NCBI GenBank assembly: GCA_951406725.2
Contig: OX597815.1
Span: 92,442,001-92,506,000, forward strand
Reading direction: 5' to 3'
Source of the DNA: Octopus vulgaris
Taxonomy: Eukaryota
DNA: 64,000 bases
The notes beneath the pieces are model-generated. The model had not been told where the DNA came from, did no database searches, and was given only the letters and a program-made list of their open reading frames with translations. Position numbers and translations under genes: made by a program. Positions within the stretch are counted from its first letter, which is position 1; each line of letters starts with the position of its first letter. Of the stretch, positions 49,361 through 63,962 are shown piece after piece.

Positions 49361-51387
49361 AATGGTGACAGACCCTGGAATACATACCTAGATCACTTGC
49401 TCAGTATATTCCTTATGAGTTTGTCTACTGACAATTTGCTGCCTGTGGCATCTTATCTGTTTATAATAATCCTTCCATTATTACTGTCACCTTACCTCTC
49501 TCCCCACATTATTCCTACCATCATGACACCTATGTAACAAAGGATGGCATTAGATCTATTTATATTCACTATCTTCACTCACCCTCCACTACCAACCATC
49601 ATTCTCCATGTGACTGAGTTGACATCTACCACTCTTATTTTGTATTGCTACCCATGATACATCTTTATTACTATCCTATCACACTGCTTATGCTGTTTTC
49701 TAGTCATTCTTCTACTCTCAAACAATATGTAAGTATCATGGTTTCTCTTATATTAACCCTGCAACTCTTACCTTCTGTTGCTATCTACACTTGCTTTCTT
49801 ATGTCTTTATTGTTATTTGATCAAGCTGCTCATACACTTTTCCTAACTATCATACCATCATTGTTTTTCTGGTTTTGCTCATATGCATATTCTTTTTTTT
49901 CATAGTCCTTGTTTATCACATCCTTTCTATTTGCACTCTTGGTTACATTTTTTGAAAATTATGGAGACTTCATAGGAATCTTTAGACTCACAAGATACAT
50001 AGCAATCTCTCAAATGCTGGTGCCTTGATAAAAATCTACCCAGTGCATTCTGTAAAGTGATTAATGTTAGGAGAAGCATTGTCATAGAAACCATGCCAGA
50101 AATGGCACATATAAATGAGGCATGTTCTTCCAATGTATCTAGGAAGGCAATAATTCCAATTAAGAACTGATTTGAACTGTGACAGCCCATCAAACTCATA
50201 CCAGTATGGAAAATTGATGTAAATGCTGATACTGACAAAATATTCTTTCATAAAACTATGTAAGTTTATCTAAATGGGTTTTATATTATCAATAATGAAA
50301 TATCTGGTGGGACTTTAATTTACATACAGGCATTTTAATACAAGTGGAGTTGGAGATGAATGATCTAAAACTATTATAAATAACTTTCTATCCTTTCCTT
50401 TTTAGCCTAAAATATTTGTCAGTTTTTGACAAAATTTTTTTAAAAATTAAAAATATTTTATGACATGCTTTCAATTACTGCCCTAGTGAAGGTATGGCTT
50501 CTGCCAACTAGAATCAGTTTGAAATTTGAAGAACTTAGATAACCCAGTCTGTGTAATTTCTTCGGTATTTTTAGCCTAAAGATGATAGTAACAAACAACT
50601 GTAACATTTACGAGGTTAACTGATTGAATCCTGAAGAAAAAAAGTGTACTTTGAACATGAGATTAGAGTTAGTTAATTTAAGATGATTAATTACACTTTA
50701 CCTGAGTTTCTTAGATAAGGCTTAGTTATATTGTTTTTGCTTTTTTAGTGATTTCACATATTCTATCCAAATTTGACTTTGATAAAATGTGTTTGTTTTT
50801 CTTGTATCATTCATAGTGTTTCATCAGAAAGCTATCATTCATATAATTCTAGAAATGTCTGATGAAAACAGGCATAAATTAACCATTATTATGCAATGTA
50901 CAGTTAGGTAAATATAATTAAATATGCTACATTTAAACTGACCATATCTAACCAAAATATTTTGCCTGTTTATGCTCAAACTGGCCAGACCTACCCTAAT
51001 TATCAGTCTAAAAATAAATGACATCACCAAAACCTTAAAACTGTGAGATAATGCAAGATTAATTGAAACAATGTGAATAAGTAAGCATTACATGTAACAA
51101 AGTAAACTGAATGCTAAAGGTTTAAGTTCTGGGATTCTATCTTGAATTTACACTGTTGCTGCTACATGAATCCTTAAAATTCAAAATGAATTTTCTCACT
51201 AGAATTGGCCTTGTTCTTAGCATAAAAAAGGCACAAAATATTTGACAATCTTCAGTCTTTCAAAACTTTTGAAACAAACAACTTTTTTCAATAACTTTCA
51301 ATCTTAACTGTTACTAGAATCCCCATCAGTTTACATTTGCTGCTAGCATGGATCGGATAGTTCTATTGTATTTCCTCATCATCAATA

Positions 51388-51617
51388 TCTATAAAGCCGA
51401 AAAGCAAAAAAGTTGTTTGATTTCTTGATTATTTGTCTCATTTTGGGATGGAAACAGCTTAAGGGGCGGTAGATGGGGTCGGATTGGCACCAAAATTTAC
51501 ACTGGTGGGGTAAAATGGGGCAGCCAATGGTGTGAGAAGGGTTGCAAGTCGCTCAGAGAGACTGTTTGGTTGCTATCACCACCAAAACCCGAGCGAAGCA
51601 CAGGTCAAAATAGCTAG
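51388..51617 (+). mobile_element. short non-autonomous Helitron-like element
   Basis: A|TC 5' end, degenerate subterminal hairpin CCCGAGCGAAGCACAGG, CTAG|T 3' end. Confidence 0.45.
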
Positions 51618-53030
51618 TCTGATATAATAAAAAAGAAAATTCCCAATGACTGTAGTGAATGACCTTTTTACAACAATACTAGATACTCTATTGCAATTTA
51701 GAGTTAGTTTGCCTTCGCTGAGTTTAGCGGTGACCACATCTCATCAATTCATGTAATGAAATAAATATATTGCAGATCATGAAACTCAAACATTTGGCTA
51801 TTTAACTTTTAGGCACAAGTATGGTTGTGTGGTAAAAAGTTTGCTTTCCAACCACATGGTTCTGGATTCAGTAACATTTTAGGCAAATATCTTTTATTGT
51901 AGCCTTGGGCTGACTGAAGCCTTCTCAGTGGATTTGTTAACCAGAAACTGAAAGAAGCCCATCACGTGTGTGTTACTGTCTTACCTGGACATAGTGTATT
52001 AGTTGTAAATGAGTGTCACCATAATGAAGGCAGTGTTCTTCATTTTCAATCTTCTAGGAAGACCTGTTTGGTCATAGGGAAGTATTGCCTTATTTGGAAA
52101 CAGGTGAAAGTTGGCAACAAGAAAGTCATCCAGGTATAGAAACTCCACCTCAAGAAATTTCATCTGACCCATGCAAGCATAGAAAAGGGGGTACTAAAAT
52201 GATAATGAACTGAATAATTCTTGATATTTGTGTTGTGTAGGGAAGTTATTTTGCTCTCTAATTCATAAACATACTATTTTACAGCTGATCTTATTGTTGT
52301 TTCTCTATATAAACTCTAGCTTTCGTTTTAACAAGATATCTATTATTTAAAATGTTTGTAGTCAGGTACTGCAAAGTAAATACTAAGTTCTTGACAACTG
52401 AAATCTGTAACTACAATTCTCTGACATTTTGCTTCATATTAATAAAGTCCTTAATGTAAATGTCACAGGAAATCAAACCAAAGCCATTTTCATATGGAGC
52501 CCAGCTATATTTTGAGCTGTTTATTCTAGAGACACATAACAAATTGGAATGATCAATGTGGTTGTTTAACTTCAATTTCAGCTGGTTCAGGTATGGATTA
52601 AAAGGGAGTTACAGATATTTTTGCTTTTCTTTTTAATTGGTTTAGGCAAGAGAATGGTACAGTGTCATAAAACATCAAAGACTAACAAGATTGTAGCTTA
52701 ATCTAAGTTATATATGAGAAATATATTGGCAAGAAGGAAAATGAAGAGAGTTGGTGCTGTATTGGAAGTAGTGGTGATGAGAAGATGGCCTGTGAAGGCC
52801 TTGAGCACAGCCACTTCCTCCAGAACAATCCAATAATTACTTTTCTTGGAAAAAACTAGAGATGATGCATATAATGGAGGTGGCATACAAGTAGCTAGGT
52901 TAGAGGAACAAAAGCCATTGTATTAACAGTAGAATAGGCATAAAGATGATATAATACATTTTTGTGTCAGTTCCAGATGTGTGTTGGTGAGTGAGTCTTT
53001 ACAACTCAGTTAGATGGTCATGTTCTAGAT

Positions 53031-53299
53031 CAGTGGTTTCCAAACTTTTCTGGCTACCACTCCCTTGGCACCCAGGCTATATTCCTAGTCTCCCACCCAC
53101 TCACTGCCACAAACATAGACCATTTCTGCAGCAAATTCAAAACAACAGTATTTCACAAATAAAACTTAACCTAATTAACCCGTTATTTTGTTTGTTTTTA
53201 CATCCATCATCCCCTTTTGGCTACCCTATTGTTGCCCTACTTTTCTTCAATGTCCCCCCAACCCCAGGATCTTTCCACTGCCCACTTTAGGAGCCACTG
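53031..53299. mobile_element. hAT (Charlie-like) MITE
   Basis: TIR CAGTGGTTTCCAAA / TTTAGGAGCCACTG; perfect 8-bp TSD TTCTAGAT at 53023-53030 and 53300-53307. Confidence 0.85.
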
Positions 53300-53479
53300 T
53301 TCTAGATGTTGTCTACAATGTTTGTTGTAGCAGTGGCAATATCTTATATATTCAACTGTATTCTATTGCACATCTTAATCTTCAGCTGAACTATTTTGTA
53401 ACCCAGCAAAGTGGCTAGGATATTGTTAACTCAAAATAGAATGTAGAGTCTAGCATTTCTAATAACTTTGAGGGCCTTT

Positions 53480-54410
53480 AGTTACATGCTGGTCATGATT
53501 ATGAACTGTACAAAAGTGGGCAGCTAAATTTAGGAGGGGAAGGGAGAGTCTTGAAGATGACCCAGGGTCTGGATGTCTTGCAAATGTTACTGGGAAAAAC
53601 ATTGATTGTGTTCACCACGTATTAATAAATGACAGGTGATTGACTATAAATCAAATAGCCAATGCTATTAGCTTATCCCATGAGAATGTTGAGAATATTC
53701 TACACAATGAACTCTGCATGATGAAGGTTTCTGCCTGATCAAAAGTGCACTAGACTGATCACATCACAAAAATCTGACATTGTTTCAGGCAGGTCCAGTT
53801 GGTTTCCTTAAATGTTTCCTAACCCCAGATGAGTGTTGGACTCATCACTTTGAGCCAGAAACACAGAGACAATCTATGTACTCCTCACCTGTCACAAAGA
53901 AGACCAATGCTAGTTTTTTTTTCTTCTTGAGATGCAAAAGACTCTGTGTTTATTGACTATCTTCAGAAGGGCCACACCATCAATGGAGAATATTATCTCA
54001 ACTTGTTGAGGCAGTTACAAAAAGGTATCAAGACCAAACACTCAGGAAAATTGAGGAAAGGGTCTTCTTTCATGAGGACAATGCTCCAGGACTGAAGTCC
54101 TCTGTGTCAATGGCTGTGAGTTTGAACTGGTTGATCACCCTCCCTATTCTGATTTAACCCCATTTGACAATCATGGAAAAAACTTGGCTGGGAACCAGTA
54201 TTGCAATGATGAGGATGTCATATCTGCTGTTAATGACTTAGTTTGACCAACAGCAAGAAAGCTTCTTCACTAATTGGATCCAAGTGCTGCAACACCAATG
54301 AAAGATGCATGAGGACTGCAAGCGGTACTATGTTGTAAAATAAACCTCATTTGGTCACATTTCATGAGGGTATCTTGGTCAACCCATGAACCTTTCATCC
54401 GACCCTCATA
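53480..54410 (+). mobile_element. degenerate mariner transposase with right end
   Basis: T.DECW, IDYLQKGHTINGEYY, HEDNAP, HPPYSDL remnants; ends ...GACCCTCA-TA. Confidence 0.75.
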
Positions 54411-55606
54411 CATTCTACCATCCTTTTGTTATCAACCACCATCTAATAATGTCCCGGACATTGTCTGAGTTATTCTGTTTTCTCCTCTCAAAATCTGCTT
54501 TCATAAAATTTAGTTGACTGAGTATTTGTTTCCTAGTATTTTAGCTCTGGCTATAAGACGCAGGGATCATCATTATCATCCTTTAACGTCCATTTTCCAT
54601 GCTGGCATGGGTTGGACGGTTTGACCAGAGATGGCAAGCTAGAGAGCTGCACAGGTTCTAGACTGGTTTAATGTGGTTTCTACGGCTAGATGCCAACCAC
54701 TTGACGTATGTGCTCATTGCTTTTAACATGGCATTGGTAAGAACACTTCTGCATGACACCAGCATGAGTGCAATTTACAGGGCTCTTACAGGCCAATTCT
54801 CTTCACTAGGGGCTGCAGCCTTAACACTTCTGTGAAGGATGGGTCTTCTTGAGGGCAGCAAGGTGCCAAGTATCTTGGTCTTTTGTCATCTGATCCAAAA
54901 AGTTCAGCATCCTGTACTTTAGTGATTAAAGTGAAATATGAACAGAAAGGAAGTTTTTGTGAGAGAAGGATGCATTTCGATTCTTAGGAAGAAGTCATGG
55001 GGAAGTGTTTAATTCAAGATGTGGGAAATGAGACACATACAGTAGAGTTAACAGGTGTGTGAGAATTGGGTGTATTGAGTCATGGCATGACTTTTTATCA
55101 AATAGAATTTCATCTGCTGCCCTTTTTTTTTTTAATATTATGCCAACTTCTTACTGAAACAACTTTTAATCAAATAATTTTTTAGTGAATCAGTAGAATA
55201 ATGTTAAATAAAAAATAATTTTTAGTATAAAATCAGTGCAACAGATTAGAGATATTCTTTTAAAATATACTATTTTGCAAAATAGTTTACTATAGGACAA
55301 CCAATCAAAACTAGTTTGGTCATTGACTAGTTGAAATTAGTAATAATTTTTTTGTTTGTTTTGCTTTGTAATGTGTAGAACAATCAAGCTGTGATTATTC
55401 TACATTAAAAGTTAATGAATTAAACATTTCATGCACTTTTTCAAATCTGACCCATTCACCCACACATGTAGGCCACACATATTTATGTATATTAACCTTT
55501 ATATCCTTCACAAAATTTAAAGTAGGCTGAATGTTTTTTGTTTTTTTAATTAGATTTTCAAATGGAAATTCTCTGCTTTTATTTGATATTAAAGATTATT
55601 GCATAT

Positions 55607-55826
55607 TTAACTCTTTTGTTATTACATTTCTGTTGAAATACACTGCCTTTGTTTCAATTAATTTTGAAAATGATGGAATATCTAATAAAATAACTTTGTC
55701 CTTACTCAGGCAGAAACATAAATTAACATGAAATTTTGATAAATTTAATTTAGATTACTTTAAAACAGCAAGTTTGTATCATAGAATCGAAGGCAGTCTT
55801 AGGTGGTTAGGTATCAAATGGATTAA
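55607..55826. mobile_element. degenerate TTAA-flanked MITE (piggyBac-like)
   Basis: TTAACTCTTTTGTTA ... TATCAAATGGATTAA imperfect inverted termini. Confidence 0.35.
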
Positions 55827-58800
55827 AACTGTTGTAATCTGTAGAATAATATTTATATAATAAATTAGTCAATATTTAAAATTTGCTTTCAGATTAAATC
55901 GTCATTATGTAATGTCCCCTTTTCCATGCTGGTATGAGTTGGACATTTGACATGAATAAGCCAGAGGGCTCTGCCAATCTCTAATGTCAGCTTTGGCATG
56001 GTTTCTACAGTTGGATGCCATTCTTAATATCAACTGATTCAAAGAGTGTACTAGGTGTTTTTCCTATGGCACTAACACTATAGTATGTTAAAAAATATCT
56101 GCAATCTGTATTCAATAGTCATAATTATTTTGCCAAATAATATTTTTATAAAATTATTCTATGAAATTCACTTCCATAAAAATAAAAGAAAGAGGTCCAA
56201 TGAAAAAGTTCACTATAAAGCAGTTTTGATAAATTGTCATGATACTTTATTACATGTTTAGTTGCAGGAATTGCTGTTTGATTGCACTACATGGTACCTC
56301 AAGTGTCTTCTACTATAGCCTTGAGTTGACCAAATATGCTTTCAATGGAATTTAAAAAAACTGTATAGATGTCCACTGTATGCCCATATGTATGAGTGAG
56401 TGGATGTGTAAATCTTGTTAATATATATCAGTGAGAAAATAGAAAAACTATTGTTCTTTCAGCACTCTTTTGTAATATATGTTCTGCAAACACTCCTTTA
56501 TTATTTTTACCATCAGAAACACAATGAACCAGTAATTAGGATATTGGAACCTTGAACCAATATAGACGGCAATAAAAAATTTTTTTTTAAGTATTACATA
56601 TATAATAAATGTATTTAAGTTAATGCAGGATACAATCATTAATGTAAACATACTTATATATTTTATCTATTTAAAAAAAAATTATTTTAATAAAGTGTAC
56701 AATCTGTCCTTGGTAAAATATTAGACTGCATCTGGTGATGAGGCTCCAGGTTGGGAATTCAGAAGTTTTGGGGAGCATTATTACTTCCAGGATTGCTCTG
56801 GTTCAGGACGGTTGTATTGTCAAGGGCCCTAATTACGGGACAAATAACATGATCCTGTGGCTAAGGCATACACGACTTGGAGAAGACAAGCTCCTAGATA
56901 TGTATCACACAGGCTCACTGATGTATGTGTGGAATGTCTGGATGTTATGTGAACCAGACTCCTAACAAATTGTTAAAATTAGGCCCTACACTTTGATGAT
57001 AAACTCGGAAGAGCAGGAGACTCGTAGAGTAAACTATAAATAAACCAGCAGAAAGCAATGGAAAAAAACACTGCTACATCTATATGTTCCCTACTCATGA
57101 ATTATGATTCAAGGAAAAACAAATCATGAATTTTCAAACTTTGGTAGGAAGGTCCATGATTGCTAATGTCTCTTGATATGGCACTTAGAGAGTGGGGTGG
57201 AGCAGACACAGTAACTTTAGTAGAGCAGAATAAATTCTAGATTCCTTGGAAACTGACATGGGCTTGTATTGGCAACAATAAAGCAAAGAGTTCATTGCAT
57301 GGAGAGTTGAAAATCTAATGTATACAAATCTTGATCTTCACCAAAGAATAGAAGAGATAAATGAGTTGTTAGCATGATTGATAATATATAATTCCTTAAT
57401 GTTATTCTTCATGTGGTTGAAGGGCAAAGCTTGAAATATTAAACTTCCTACTCTTCATGGCAATTAAACTTATTTGGACATTCTCCAAACTCTCTTTATT
57501 TAAAGTAGTGATTGTTGCAATCTCAAGGCAGACAGAACAAATTATAGTTGGTCACGTGGTGAAGAAGTTCATTTTGCAACTATGTGGCTTTTGGTCTATT
57601 CTCACTGCAGAGCACCTTGGGTAAGTATCCTCTACCATAGCCTTAGTCAATGCCACCTGATCAAGCTTTCAACTGATTTGGTACCCTAGTAATTTTCACT
57701 ACTCCTTCTCTTTGCTTTTTCCTCCCACACCATTCTACTCATCATTTTCTACTAAACACACTGTCATTTTTGCTCTCCCCTCCTCTTTGCATCTCTGTTT
57801 TTCAAAACTGGCGTTGACCTTAAAGTGTCAAAAATATTGAATTTTTTATTTCTCATAACAAATTAATCAACTTAAATTTTGATTTGATTTTGCTGTGAAA
57901 TTTTATGAAAAAAATTTCATAGATGAAAGCTATATGGAAGTTTATTGGAGGGATTGTTCCTCTCCTTGCTGGTAGACTTTATCCTGTCACCCAGTTTAAC
58001 ACCGTCATTTTGTCTCTGGCACCTTTAGCAAGTTCACTTTGTTGCAGGCATTTAATCAAAGTTGGTGATGGAAGTAACTCCCTCTTTTCCTCTACCAGTC
58101 CTGAAAAGGTCACAGTTGTTGCTCACCTTCCTCTAAGTCATCAAAAACACAAACAATACTGAAGACCAGTTCTTGAACATTATCAGTAAATGTGTTTTTA
58201 GCAATTAAGTAATCAGTTATTTTTTAAATGCTTGTCTGTGGATTAGTGAATATGTATGGCATACTAATGTATGAGCAGTGCTACAATATTGGTTCATCAT
58301 CATTTTGACAACTTTTCTGTGCTTGTGTTGATCAGATTGAATTTGCTGCAAGGTAATATTTTCCCTTTGCTAAACATGTCATTTTATGGAAGACTGGAAA
58401 TGAAGATCAGTCCATGCATACAAGTATGTCCTCTACATACCTCCCTCAGCCAAGTGATCCTAATCTTGTGAGCTCATGGGTACTGGTGCCATGTAAAAGC
58501 AACTGTGCCAGTGCCACATAAAAGCACCAAGTGCGCTTTGTAAAGTGGTTGGTATTAGGAAGGGTATCCAGCCATAGAAACCATGCCAAAACCGACAAAT
58601 AGAGCCCAGGCAGCCCTCATGCTGGCCAACTCTTGTCAAACAGTCCAACCCATGCCAGCATGAAGAAGGGATGTTAAAAGATGTTGATGATGATGTTTGT
58701 TTACAATCATCACTTAATGGTCAAGACAAACTCTCACACACACACACATACACACACAATATTTTTTTTTTCATTTTATTTTTACCAAATCCACTCCCAA

Positions 58801-59163
58801 GGCTTTGGTTGGCCTGGGGCTTTACTGGAGTAGTAGGTTATTTTTTTAATAGATCAGCACAGAATAAAAATTTAAAAATCAGTACATTTCTTCCCTCTGC
58901 TTTTGTCAGATACATTTCTTACAAAGCAAATAATATCTAGGATTATTGATCCTCAGAAATACTAGCAGAAATTGAGTTTTATTATCCTCATACTCTCTCA
59001 AAGTATAAACTGAATATACATTCAGGATTGTCAGTCAAAGTCTCTTGTTTGAAGAAGCTTGGGAAACCCAGTACCTAACTGGTACTTTTATTTGATTGAC
59101 TCTGAAAGGCTGAAAGTAAAATTAATCTCAATGGAATTTGAATTCAGATTATAAATAGCAGGA

Positions 59164-60438
59164 ACAAGTAGTATCAAAAAGTTTCCAAACTAGTTTTGTA
59201 GCATGCCAACAGATGGCAGTACATGGTTGTATGTGCAGTGAGTGCTAGTAGTGACCTTCATGAGAGAGTGTGTCCAGTGACATCACTGTGTTTATTTCAT
59301 AAGTTGTGAAATTTGTGTTTTTGTGATCATATGTATGTTGTAGTATGTGATTTTGTCATGGACAAGAACAAAGATCCAACGTGAAATTTTGCAATAAATT
59401 TGGAAAGTCGGCTAAAAAGACATTGAGCAAGCTTATGGTGATGACACAATGGGTTGTACACAATATTTTGAGTGGCACATGTCCTTTAAAAGCAGAAGAA
59501 TTTTCCTGGAAGACAATGAGTGATCTGGAAGACCTGCCATGGGTGTCACCCTCAGAAATGTGAAAAAAATTCACCAGCTTGTGCATGAAGATCATTGGAG
59601 GTCAATCAACAACATTGCTGATGTGCAGGCAATCCTAATGTCTGAATTGAACATGCAGTATTTGTCCAAGTTTGTCCTCCATCTGCTGACCACTAAGCAG
59701 AAAGAACATCGTGTTGAAGTCTGTCAAGATCTCCGTCAGCATGCTGCTGATGACCCATCCTTCATGTCAAGGATCATCACCAGTGATGAGAGTTGGATCT
59801 ATGGGTATGACCCTGAGATGAAGCAGCAGTTGTCACAATGGAAGAGGCCTTCATCTCCATGACCAAAGAAGGTACGAGAGAACTGCAGCTCAATGAAGCT
59901 CGTGCTTATCATTTTGTTTTTCACATCTGTGGTATTGTGCATTGAGAATTTGTATCCCAGGGTCAGACTGTCAATCATGAGTTCTACTGTGGTGTTTTGA
60001 AACATCTGAGGGAGGACATTTGGTGAAAGCGACCAGATTTGTGGAGTGCAAAGAACTGGATTCTTCATGACAACAATGCACCCTGTCACCAAGTTCTCCT
60101 CACTCGCAAGTTCCTTGCCAAAAACAACATGGTATCACTTCTACACCCAGCCTATTCACCAGATTTAGCACCTGTGGACTCCCATTTCTTCTCCAAGATG
60201 AAAATGCAGCTCAAAGGTCACTGTTTTAGCTCTGTTGTCAAGATCCAGAGTAAATTGCAAAAGGTATTTGACTCACAGAAAAGAACTTCCAGGCCAGATT
60301 CTAAAAGTGGTAGGAATGCTGGGACTGCTGTGTTACTGCACTAGGTGAGTATTTTGAAGGAGATGATGTTAAAACATAGATAAATAAGTTATTTTTTATT
60401 AAATGTAACTGGTCTGGTAACTTTTGATACTATCTCAT
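59164..60438 (+). mobile_element. near full-length degenerate mariner element
   Basis: TAGTATCAAAAAGTTTCCAAACTAG left and inverted CTGGTCTGGTAACTTTTGATACTA right; IITSDESWIYGYDPE, WILHDNNAPCH, HPAYSPDLAPVD. Confidence 0.88.
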
Positions 60439-60661
60439 ATCTGAAGGCATTTTGTCAGATGCTCCAATCATAGAACTTCCAGGCCAGATTCTAAAAGTGG
60501 TAGGAATGCTGGGACTGCTGTGTTGCTGCACTAGGTGAGTATTTTGAAGGAGATGATGTTAAAACATAGATAAATAAGTTATTTTTTATTAAATGTAACT
60601 AGTCCGGTAACTTTTGATACTATCTCATATCTGAAGGCATTTTGTCAGATGCTCCAATCAT
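60282..60661 (+). repeat. 190-bp tandem duplication covering the mariner 3' end, TIR and flank
   Basis: 60282-60471 vs 60472-60661, 3 substitutions. Confidence 0.92.
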
Positions 60662-61109
60662 CCAGATTATTACCTTACATGCTAGCATATGTAGAGTGAT
60701 GATAGTCATGTAAAACACACATTTGCTATTATATTGACATTTGTTATATTTTTTAACAGTATATATTATTAAGATCAAAAGGTTTTGTTGTACATCTGTA
60801 ATCTAGTTACTGATACCAGCCACTGTATGATTGTGGACACAGTGGAATATTGCCAATGGCCTTATTGTACTATATTATAAAATAAATCAAAAGTGAGTAT
60901 AACAGAATATGTGTGTTCTAAATTAATACTAAGACTCTACTATGGTGCAATGTTGCAGTTTCAACACAATTTCTTTTCAAGTCAATTTCAAAATATTTAT
61001 ACCTTCACTTTGGTATACTAAATGATTTTGTATAAAAAAAAAATGCAAGCATTGCTCATATCAAAACATTGAATTTTACACTTCTTAAACATGTACAGCA
61101 TGCAACTAT

Positions 61110-61560
61110 AGCCTTCAAGATTGCTCCAAATGCTAGAATCTCTCAAGGCACATTCTTAATATAGCTAAAATTGCATCTCAAAGACTGGCCCTTCTCTTCA
61201 GAGACTGAAAATATTCCAGCCATCAACAAACTACAGAGTTTGGATGGTACTGCTTCTACACCAGGGAGAATGCTGCTGCCACACACAGACATTCTAGAGT
61301 ACATCCAGAGAAAGGCCATTCTACTGATTGGTATAAAGTCTGACAGATAGACTTCAGCTTGGATCCACAGACTTGTCTCCTCTCTCTGCCGTTTTTTACT
61401 GTTACTACAATGCCCCTCTGCTTTTCCGAATAGGCTGGGTTCATGCTACTTTCCATTCAGGCACTCCTAAGTCATTTCTGTCTTCTTCTCATCACCTATG
61501 GTGTATTCAGCACTAACAAATATATACTTAGTTCTGTGTCCAAATGTCAGTTCTCTGAGA
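61110..61560 (+). mobile_element. old CR1/L2-group LINE fragment
   Basis: ILEYIQRKAILLIG and RLVSSLCRFYCYYN-like remnants. Confidence 0.45.
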
Positions 61561-63639
61561 TTTACCCCTGTTGCAGTCATTGACATGCTACAATTTAAAC
61601 AGAATGTTAATAGCATCAGTCTAACTTGTCATGGAGGGCTTGCAAAGGCCATGGGCATAGCCTCTTCCTCATAATTTTGGTAGTCTTCCAGATATGCCTG
61701 ATATGAAATAAAATACTGCAAGGATTATTTAATCTCAGTGGAAATTCATCATTGAGTCAGTTATACAACCATGACAACTAATACTGATATTAATATGAAC
61801 TTAAAACTAAAAAACAGAAGGATTTATGTGAAAATTTAACATAATTCTATCAGTTAGTGTAAAGAATACTTTTTTGACTTTTTTGATTTTTTGATGCCCT
61901 TTGAGCTATTGATAATGGCATTTTAAAATTTTTACAGAAGCAATGTTAAGTTTCATATATTTCAAATTGATTTTTTTCTCTTGTATCTTATTTTTATAAT
62001 GGCCACTAAATGGATGTAAGCATGACAATATATTTAATGTTTGATTCACAAATAAGTGGTTTTGATCGCACTGCATGGCATCTTGGGCAAGAGTCTTCTC
62101 CCACAGCTGAAGTCAGCCAAAGCCTAGTAAATGAAATTTTGTAGACAGAAGCTATGTAGAAATCTATCAGAGGGACTAATCTCATTTTAAAGGAGATAAA
62201 TTTAATCTGTTGTCTAATCTAACACCACTCCTTAGTCCTCCAGAGTCTTCAAAAGAGTCCACTTTGTTGTAAGCCTTTGGCCAAGGTCTCTGACTTGAGG
62301 ATAGCATTCTTTTTGCCTGCCTTGCAGACTTTGAAAAAGGTCATAGAAGCTGCTCTTCTTTCTCCAAGTCATTAAAAACCTTACTGAAGACCAGTTCTTT
62401 GACAGTGCTGGTAGATGTTTTTACTTATAAAAAAAAACAAAGAAATTTTTTAATCTCAACATGTCACACTGACATCTCACCTTCAAGGACAGTGTGACAC
62501 GGGATCATATTATATGGTTCTTCGTCATTAATGGAATGGCCATTACTTCATTTTATTTTCCCTTATGATGCTGGTCACTTATAAATATTAAATACTTAAA
62601 AGTAATTGTTTCTAAAGAAATGGCCACATTTCTTTAGAAATCAAGGACTGCCAAGATTATGAGAATTCTTTAAGAGAATACTTGATTTGATGCAAGACAC
62701 TTGTCTAAATGCTAAATCTTCTGCTGGAACTTAGTGAAGTTTTGAACATCTTAGGGACTTCATAATTTTTGCTGAACCTTTGTTGGTGCATACCAAATAT
62801 GGAAACAGGTAACTTTAAAGTTACGATTGGCATGGACTGAACAACTTTGGTCACTAGAAGGATTTAGCGTTTGTACTGTACAGTACAAATATTGTAAGGC
62901 ACCACACTTCATATTTTGTAGATCATTTTTTTACTATTTAGAGCTCAATTCTTAATGAAGAAGACTATTTTTTTAACGATAAGTTAAGGGCCTGTGAAGA
63001 GGCTCTAAACATTATCTTTTCCTCTAGACTACGCAAGTAAAAAGCAAATAGATTCGTCTGACTACCTGTTCGCTATAGGAATTTCCTCGTATCTGGTCTA
63101 AAGAAATCTTTCTCTCAAGCTTCATCTTACGAAATAACAATAAAAATGTAGATGCTATCATTTAATATAAATCTATTTTAAATATCAAATAAACAATTAT
63201 TTAATGAAGAAATATTTTTATTATACGCACAGGGAAGATATTGAGGAGAAACTGCTTATACAATTCAGTTTCCTGTTGAAAATGTCATTCAATGCCCATG
63301 GGAAAAGCATGCACATCATCACCATACATTCCCTATAAACTTGACTTTTATGTCAGCGCAAACAAAGCACATATATATGACCACATATCAGTGGAGGTAT
63401 CATTTTATTTCTTCAATTTAATAATTACCTGTGACCTGACACAAGGCCAATTGTTGCTTGATGGACAAAAGGTATAGACGTTGGATTACGTATAGTCTAC
63501 AGTTAATACATCTTACGTGTACTAATGCAGATTTCTACTACTTGATCATTCCCACTGCTCTATCTTGGATCTACATGGAACTATGCAAGTGGAAGAAAAA
63601 CTCAGTGCAACACATTGAGTTATCTAATGTGTAAAATTA

Positions 63640-63962
63640 CAGACTATTTTGAAAGTAGACATCATGGACATTCAAGAAAACTCCACAAATCTAGAGAGAT
63701 GTAAACATAAGCAAGATTTTTGGGGGTCCACGCAACACTAGTAGATTAGATATCGAGAATAGTATTTTAAGGGCCCATGAAAAACTTTTGCTTACTTCAA
63801 CATACACAAGTTATTGAGTGAATAACAAAATAGGAATTTTGAAAGAAGCTTTTCTAAATGTAGTTTTTAAACATCAAATGGCTACGAGGGTCCATCAGAA
63901 TAAAAATGGTAATCAGAGGGGTCCATAGATAAAATAAATAAATAAACAGTTGAGAACCCCTG
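63640..63962. mobile_element. degenerate hAT-like MITE
   Basis: Right end GTTGAGAACCCCTG, repeated GGGTCCA subterminal motifs; left end unclear. Confidence 0.4.

Noticed and set aside
56700-57420. Possible very old LINE 5'/endonuclease remnant
   Set aside because: No motif clear enough to support a call
59539-60344. SETMAR-like domesticated transposase
   Set aside because: No SET domain, many frameshifts and stops, TIRs retained; a dead mariner
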